A stretch of DNA of 64,000 nucleotides, taken from positions 83,638,001 to 83,702,000 of the forward strand of contig NC_042998.1 of the NCBI RefSeq assembly GCF_006345805.1, read 5' to 3'. Position numbers and translations under genes: made by a program. The notes under the pieces were generated by a model, which worked only from the letters and a program-made list of their open reading frames with translations, had not been told where the DNA came from and searched no databases. This document shows, one piece after another, positions 39,400 through 48,343 of this stretch (the stretch's first letter is position 1; the number at the start of each line of letters is the position of its first letter). The DNA comes from Octopus sinensis. Lineage: Eukaryota.

Positions 39400-42109
39400 T
39401 CAGGAGGGGTGAAGCTGTTTGATAAGAGGAGGACTGGGGATTTGATGGGAATGCTGGGGTTTGAGGAATCGGTGAAATGGTTGGTATGGGGATGTGTTGA
39501 GTAGGGATGAAGAGCATGTTCTGAGAAGGGTGATTGCATTTGTGGTAAATGGAGCGCGAAAGCAAGGTAGAGTGAAGAAAAGGTGGAGGGGACAGGTGGA
39601 GGGGACAGGTGGAGGAGGAGATTAGGAAGGTTGGTTTGAAAAAAGAGGATGCCCAAAACCAGGCAAGACGGAGAGATGGTGTGAGGGCAGTTGCTATGAC
39701 ATTGAGGTAGATTGCACCAGGCTCCAATCTGATCTGGCAAGGTTTCTCCAGCAGGATGCCCTTCCTAATGCCAACCACTCCAAGAGTGTAGTAGATGCTT
39801 TTTATGTGCCACTGGCATCATGGGAGCCAGTCAGGCGGCACTGGCATCGGCCATATTCAGATGGTGCTTTTTACATGCTACCAGCACAAGAGCTAGTCAG
39901 TGGGGTGCTGGCATCAACCACGTTTGTATGGTGCTTTTTACGTGCCACCGGCATGGGGAGCCAGTCACGTGGAACTGGCAACAACCCAGGCATGAATGGT
40001 GCTTATTGCAAGTCCCAGATGGTTTTGAAAGCAGTGCCCCAGCCTTGCAGGATTCCAGTGACTAAAACCAGTAAATCATCACCATTTTCACGTCTAATTT
40101 TTTTATTCTGGTTTAGACCAAGAAGATCTGAACATGATCAATGCCTGGCCTGCCTGACTGGCTCTTGTGCTGGTGGCATGTAAAAAGCATCCACTACACT
40201 CTCAGAATGGTTGGCATTAGGAAGGGCATCCAGCTGTAAAAACATTGCTAGATCAGATTGGAACCGGGCACAGCTTGCTGACTTGCCAGTCCTCAGTCAA
40301 ACCATCTAATCCATGCCAGCATGGAAAACGGATGTTAAACGATGATGATGATAAGATTTTTTCGTCACTTCAGTATTCTACACCTGGATGTCCTTCATGA
40401 TACTAACCCCTTTTAGTTGTCCCTTACGACATTCAGGAATAAAGAATGCCTATTCTAAAAACTAGGATACACAGTGTTGTAGTTGTAATAATGGTTTCAC
40501 AATATTTTGGTACAGGGCCAGCAATTTTACAGGGAGGGTCTTAATTGATTACATCAACCCCAGTTCTTAACTGGCATTTTCTTTTTATTGACCCTGGAAC
40601 CTGGAAGGATGAGAGGTAAAGTTGACCTTGGTAGAATTAAAATTCAGAACATAAAGAACCAGAAATACTACTAAATATTTTGACCTTTGTGCTAAATATT
40701 CTGCCAGTTCACTACCTTAACCATAATGATAATAATGATGGTCTCCCGTTGATTTTGATGTATGAGTATTTGAAGGAAAGAATTAAAAAAAAAAAACAAT
40801 TAAAAGTAATAGGAGCTACATCTATTTGTGATGGATGCATGAATATAATTTGGGTCCCTGGATGGATTTTACTATGAAGTCATAATCGGGACAATGAGGA
40901 TTTTGATTATGCCTGAGATTGAATAAATGTGTCTATTGATTGCAGGATAATCTTTCATTGTTCTGTTTCTCTGATCTTGGCAATAACTTTACCAAGATGT
41001 TATATTAAGTTGTAGAAATTTTAATGATTGTTTCAACTTATCCTTATACCCTAGGATAAGTCCTTTTTTTTTTTTTTTTTTTACTGTGGAATCCCTCTAC
41101 CGGTTGGCCATGTAAAAGAATTTTCGGAATGCGATCAACTTGCACCCATCCACACTGAATTCTCAACAGCAGCAGTGTCTCCTCCTCCTCTGCCTATCCT
41201 TTTGTTCATTTTTATTTACATACATATACACAAAGGTATGATTTGAGGTCAAGTAACTCATAGACACTTCTTTGTTAACTCTCAGGACTTGATATTTTGT
41301 ACACAAGTTAACAAACTCACTAAACAAACAATTAGGAATGAATGATCCTAATAGAGAAACTCTCATTGTGGTATTATGCACTCTTGACTTAACATTATTT
41401 TTATTTACAGCTTAGAGAAGGAAGGACAATTTTTATTACTTTTATGCTGTGTCTCTTGAGACACAAGGCGGTGAGCTGGCAGAAATGTTAGCACACCAGG
41501 CGAAATGCTTAACGGTATTTCGTCTGTCTTTACTTTCAGAGTTCAAATCCCACCGAAGTCAACTTTGCCTTTCCTCTTTTCGGGGTTAGTAAATTAAGTA
41601 CTAGTTGCATACCAAGTTCGATCTAATCGACTGGCTTCCTCGCCCAAAATTTTGGGCTTTGTGCCTAGAGTAGAAAAGAATATTTCATAGTCTCTGAGAA
41701 TGGGTAGGAAGAGCACATGACTCATAGGTTGTAGCAATAACAAAATCATCCTCATTCTTATGTCCACTTTTCAATGTTTGCATCAATGTTTGCATTCTGT
41801 CATTTGTTAATTTAGATCAGTGGTTCTGAACTGTTTTTTTTTTTTTCTTGTGGACCCTTTTGGTTCTTGTTTTATTCAGATGGACCCTTTTTGCCATTCA
41901 ATGTTTAAAAAATTGTATAAAATGGTGTTGAAATATTTTGTGTATTGTAGATAAATTTTAACAAAATCTTACATAGACCACAATTGGAAACCATTGGTTT
42001 AAATGTTACTTTAACACCCAAACTGGAGGCTATAGCAGAAGACACTTATTCAAAGGGCTATACTATGGGATTGAACTCAAAACGACATGGAAAGAAAATG
42101 TCTTAACCA

Positions 42110-42148
<39 letters not shown>

Positions 42149-45100
42149 GTAATAAATAAAAATACATGGTAAATATTCTTGGGATAAAATATCAAATTTT
42201 TCTGGGGTGTTTTTGGACAGGAAAGGAAGCAATTTATTCAGTTTGTCTGTATTTACTGTTGTTATCTAGCCCTAGGCAAGCTTCAATCATGCAGACTGAA
42301 GCATCCTATTATTTTTCATGGATTACATTATCAAATGTACCTTCCCTTCTCACCCTTAAATTTTTTTTTTCCATTTAAGATGGTAGGATGTGATTTAATG
42401 AGGGTTTTAGCCATTGTTTGTAACAGTTTGAGTAGCAATGTGGCTCATAGCTATTTCATCAACAACCTTAGAGACAAAATGTCAGAATTGAACCAGCCGC
42501 TACTTGAAGCCAGAAAAGGGCTGAAGTACATGAACATGTGTGTGTGTGTGTGTGTGTGTGTATATACACACACACACACACACACACACCATAAATAATT
42601 TAGTCTGCCATACAAGTGTCTCAGACATAAGCATATTAGACAGCTGTCGTCTTGCATTTCTCCAACTCTTTTGTAAAAGGTCACCACTAGAATTACATTA
42701 GAAGAATAAGCTGAAATTACGATTACATTTGTATCATATTTTTTATCTTTTATTTGTTTTAGTCATCAGACTAGACCATGCTGGGGCACTGCTTTGAAGA
42801 GTTATTAACTGAATGAATTAAACCCAGTACTTTTTTTTTTTTCAAGCTTGGCTCTTATTCTGGTTGGTCTGTTTTGCAGAACTGCTAAATTACTTGGATG
42901 TAAACAAACCAAACACCAGTTGTTAAGCATGGAGAGGGAACACACACACACACTCTCTCTCTCTCTCTCTTAGCTTCTTTCAGTTGCCATCTACCAAATC
43001 CATTCACATGATTGTGGTTGGACCAAGACTATACAAGAAGACACTTGCCCAAAGTATCACACAGTGGGACTGAACCCACAACCATGTGATTGAGAAGGAA
43101 ACTTCTTAGCCACATTTGCGTTTATAGATTTTCAGAGATGTCTCAGCCATGACTATCTTATCTGTTTCTTTTTTTTTTTGTTTATTTTTATAATCATGGT
43201 GCATCCAGGACTACAATCCTGAGTGTTGCTTTTCATTTCAAAGATAATAAAAGGAAATTTGGTTGTTATTTCTAGCAGATCGAGTAACTTCGTCGAGTCT
43301 CCTGCATAGCCTTTTTGTCTCATATTTGTGTGTATCTGTATCATCATAATCATTTAATGTGCAGCTTTCATCTTGGCATGGGTTGGTCAGTTTGACTGGG
43401 TCTGATGAGCTGTGTACCAATGTCTATTATGCCATATTTTTTATGACTGGATGCCCTTCCTGACATTAACTACTTTACCCAGTGTACTTTATCTCTTTGG
43501 AAGCAAGCCAATGAAATATAAAGTACCAGTAATATACTGTGACTCCTGTAAGATTTGTGCTAGTTAAAAATTGTTGCATTGATAATTTGTTGTTCTTATT
43601 CTTGGCAGCAAAGTGGCAAAATTGTTAACATTTTGGGAAAAATACTCAACAACATTTCATCTGTCTTTACATTCCAAGTTCAAATTCCATCAAGGTTGAC
43701 TTCACCTTTCATCCTTCCAAGATTGATAAAATAACTACAAGTTGAGCACCTCTCCAAAATTGCTGGTCTTGTGCCAAAATTTGAAATCATTGTTGTTAGT
43801 GGTGTATAACTAGAAACTAATGAAAATTTCCAGAAGCTGCTCTTCAAAGACAGGCTAAGAAACAAAAACTACCTGTAATATACTGTGGCGTCTACAACAT
43901 TTAAAGCCTTATGCTAATGTTAAAAAGTATTTGTTATTAATGTTATAAATGTATTATTACCAGGAACTAATTATATTCTTTTCTTTTTTCCAGAAACTGG
44001 TGTTGAACGCTACAAAATTGAATTTCCACATATTGATGCCATTTTTGTTGGAACTGGTGACCTCTTCTCTGCAACCATCTTAATCTGGTTACATAAAGAC
44101 AAGAATTTAAAAGTAAATAGTGTTACTTCAATCAGTTCGGTTTGCATTATTGTATTTCTTATATTCTTTTACTTGTTTCAGTCATTAGACTGGTCATGCT
44201 GGGGCACTGCCTTGAAGAATTTTACTTGAACAAATCAACCCCAGTATGTAATCATTTTAAGCCTGGTACTTATTCTATCAATCTCTTTTGTTGGACTGCT
44301 GAGTTACAAGGATGTAAACACACTAAAACAGGTTACCTCACAGTGGGACTGAACCCAGAGCCATGTGGTTGGTAAGCAAGGTACTTACCACACAGCCACT
44401 CTGTATATTTTTATTTATCATCATCATTTTTATTCTTATTATTATTGTGAGGATGGTGAGCTAGCTGAATCATTAATGCATTAAAAAAATGTTTCGCAGC
44501 ATCTCTTCTGATCTTCTGATCTTATGTTCTGAGTTCAAATTCTGCCGAGGTTGACTTTGTCTGCAATCCTTTCAAGGTCAATAACATAAGTACCAGTTGA
44601 GCACTGGAGTCAATGTTTTCAACTTATCCCCTCCCACAAAATTGCCGGCCTTGTGCCAAATTTCGAATCCATACGCATCAAATTGCCAAGAGAGACAACT
44701 GCACTGATATGGCCATGTGATGGATATGGATGACAACAGTTGCGTGAAGAAGTGCCGGTCTCTGTGGAAGGGATAGACCCAGGAAGACATGGGACTATTG
44801 CTGAAACAGGATCTTCAAATGTTGGGCCTCATGGAAGCAACGACAAGTGACCAAAACCTTTGGTGATATGCCATGCTTGAAAAGACTCATTGAGTCAAGT
44901 GAAATCGTAGTTGTGGCTGATGCTGGTAGCACATAAAAGCACTTGTACCAGCTGCATGTAAAAGGCACCCATTACACTCTTGGAGTAGTTGGCATTTGAA
45001 AAGGCATCCAGCTGTAGGAACCATACCAGAATCAGACTGGAACTTGATGCTGTTATCTGGCTTACCTATTCCAGTCAAACCGTCTCACCAATGCCACCTT

Positions 45101-48100
45101 GGAAAACAAACACTAAATGATGATGAATATTTACTATGAAAGTAGGGCTGTTTCAACAGAAATATAACAACAAGGAGGTTAAGGGATCACTTTCATTGAG
45201 CGATCTTTTGGTTCAGATGTGTGCCTATTAAAAATAATCCATATTACGATCCTGAATATTTTGGCAATCGACCTCAGCAAAGACAAACTACAACTATTGA
45301 TGAGGCTCCAGCTTGGACATTCAGGAGCTCATAGGGAAAATGGAGTTACTCCTTAGTCACCACTGCTTTCAGGTCATCTCTTACCCTGGGTGGTTACAGG
45401 TATCAAGGAAGCCTATAGACATGACACCTAAAGAGTTAGAGAGGGGATCTTTGCAAAGTATGATATAACTGCTAACAAATAAATTAGCACACTTTTGTTT
45501 TTAGGGGATTGTTTTTTTTTGTTTCTTCTTTTTCCTCGTTTATTTTTACATTTTCAATATATTCATTCCTTTATTTATTTATTCATTTATTTATTTATTT
45601 ATTGTTTTAGACTGCTCTTGAGAAAACAGTGTCAGTGATACAGTTTGTCATTCAGAAAACAATTGCAGCAGCATGTGAGTTTCACTGATTCTAACTTCTT
45701 TCATTAAGCTGTCCTTATCAGGAATAACTAAGAGAACAAGGTTCCCCCTTTAGTGAGACTATGAATACATCATTTTTAATCTTTCCTTAAATTATATATA
45801 TTTTTTCTTAATTTTTAATTAAATTAGATGCATCTAAATTGGTGGTTCCCAACCTGTGGTCAGCAGACCCCTGGTAGTCTGCAAAAGTAGTACTGGGGGT
45901 CTGTAAACTAAATTCAAAATTTCATATATATATATATCATCATCATCGTCGTCACTTAATATCTACTTTCCATGCTGGCATGGGTTGGACGGTTTGACTG
46001 AGGACTGGCAAGCCAGAAGACTGTACCAGGCTCCAATCTGATCTGGTAAGGTTTCTACAGCTGGATGCCCTTAACGCCAACCACCCTGAGAGTGTAGTGG
46101 GTGCTTTTTATGTGCCACTGGTATGAGGGCCAGTCAGGCAATACTGGCATCAACCACACTTGAATGGTGCTTTTTACATGCCACTGGCATGGGAGCCAGT
46201 TGTGTGTGTGTGTTGAGGTGTATTCCTTTAAGAATGTATTAGAGTACAAAATAGAGCTCATTCACCCTTAGAATTACCAGACAGCTGGCAATATTATGAT
46301 ATACTACCAATTCTAGGATATTAAAAGGGATCCATAGGAAAACTCATTTAAATAAAAAGGGTCCTCGGTAGTGAAAAGGTTGGGAACCACTGATCTAGAT
46401 ACATGCATGGTCATGTGGTTAAGAAGTTCATATTGCAATGGCATGGTCTTAAGTTCAATCTCACTGTATGGCAACTTAGACAAGTGTCTTCTACTTTCCC
46501 CTGAGTCAACCAATTCTTTGTGAATGAAATTGGTAGTTGGAAACAGAATGGAAGCCTCTCTGTGGCATGACAAAAGCACCCATTACATGTTGCAAATTGG
46601 TTAACGTTAGGAAGGGCATTCAGCTGTAAAAAGCATGCTAAAGCACTGGAGAACAAAGCAGTTCTTGGAGCCATTGGATCTTGTCAAATCATCCGTCCCA
46701 CTCCTGGAACATTGATGCTAAATGTTGATGATGATGATAATATATCATCATCATCATTTCGCATTCACCTTCCAATACTGGCATGGGTTTGACAGGCTTT
46801 GATTGTTTTGATATGATTTCTATGGCTGGATGACCCTCCTAATGCCAACCACTTTACAGAGCATACTAGGTGCCTTGCACGGGGCACTAGCTACATTCTG
46901 AGTTCAAATTCCACTAAGTTTGACTTTACCTTACATCTTTCTGACGTTGATAAAATACGTACCAGTTAAACACTGGGGTCGATGTAATCAACCCATCCTT
47001 TCTCCACAAAAATTGCTGCCCTTATGGCAAAATTTTAAACATCATCATCATCATTATCATCGTTTAACATCTGCTTTCCATGCTAGCATGCTTTGGACGA
47101 TTTGACTGAGGACTGGCGAACCAGATGGCTGCACCAGGCTCCAATCTGATCCAGTAGAGTTTCTACAGCTGGATGCGTTTCCTAACGCCAACCACTCTGA
47201 GAGTGTAGTGGGTGCTTTTACATGCCACCAGCACGAGGGCCAGTCAGGTGGTACTGGCAACAGCTACACTCAAGTGGTGTTTTTTACATGCCACCTGCAC
47301 AGGAGCCATCCAGCGGCACTGGTAACAACCTCGCTCGAATGTTTTTCATGTGTCAGCGGCACAAGTGCCAGTAAGGCGATGCTGGTAATGATCCCATTTG
47401 AATGGTAGTTTTTATGTGTCACCAGCACGGAAGCCAGTCAGCTGCTCTGGCAGCGATCACGCTAGGATGGTGCTCTTAGCACTCCACTGGTATGGGTGCC
47501 AGTCATCGAATTTTATTATCATTATTATTATTATTATTATTATCATCATCATTTTAGCTTTGTGCAAACATTTAAAATCATCATCAGACAATAAGAAGTG
47601 CCCAATGTGATTTGTAATAGATTGTTTATTTAGCAGTTTGAACAATAATGCAGGATTTCCTCTTATTTTGAATTTCTGTGTATCTACAGTTGCTTTTCAT
47701 TTTATGTTTTGAACTTGAAGAAGACAGATGATCTATCACAATATCATTCGAACCATTAAATAAGCATCATCATCATCATTATTGTTTAAGGTCTGCTTTC
47801 CGTGCTGGCATGGGTTGGATGGTCTGACTGAGGGCTGGAAAGCCAGAAGGCTGCACCAGGCCTCAATCTGATCTGGCAAAGTTTCTACAGCTGGATGCCC
47901 TTCCTAATGCCAAACAATCCAAGAGTGTAGTGGATGCTTTTTACGTGTCACTGGCACGAGGGCCAGTCTGGTGGTACTGGCATTGACCACCCTTGAATGG
48001 TGCTTTTTACTTGCCACCAGCATGGGAGCCAGTCAGGCAGCACTGGCATCAACCAAACTCGAATGGTGCTTTTTACATGTCACCAGCACAGGACCAGTCA

Positions 48101-48300
48101 GGCAGCACTGGCATCAATCATGCTTGAATGGTGCTTTTTATGTTCCACTGGCATGGGACCAGTCAGGTGGCGCTAGCATTGACCTCACTCGAATGGTGCT
48201 TTTTACGTGTCACAGGTACATTAACACTCTAACACAAATAGCATTGCACTCTTCTTATTGTCTATATACCTTTGTGAAGAGTTACAACAATCTTTATGAA

Positions 48301-48343
<43 letters not shown>

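Noticed and set aside
45993-46020. CTGAGGA-CTGGCAAGCCAG-AAG in RTE-UTR copies as a hammerhead
   Set aside because: GAAG instead of GAAA, no helix I or III, and it lies on the antisense strand of the element.
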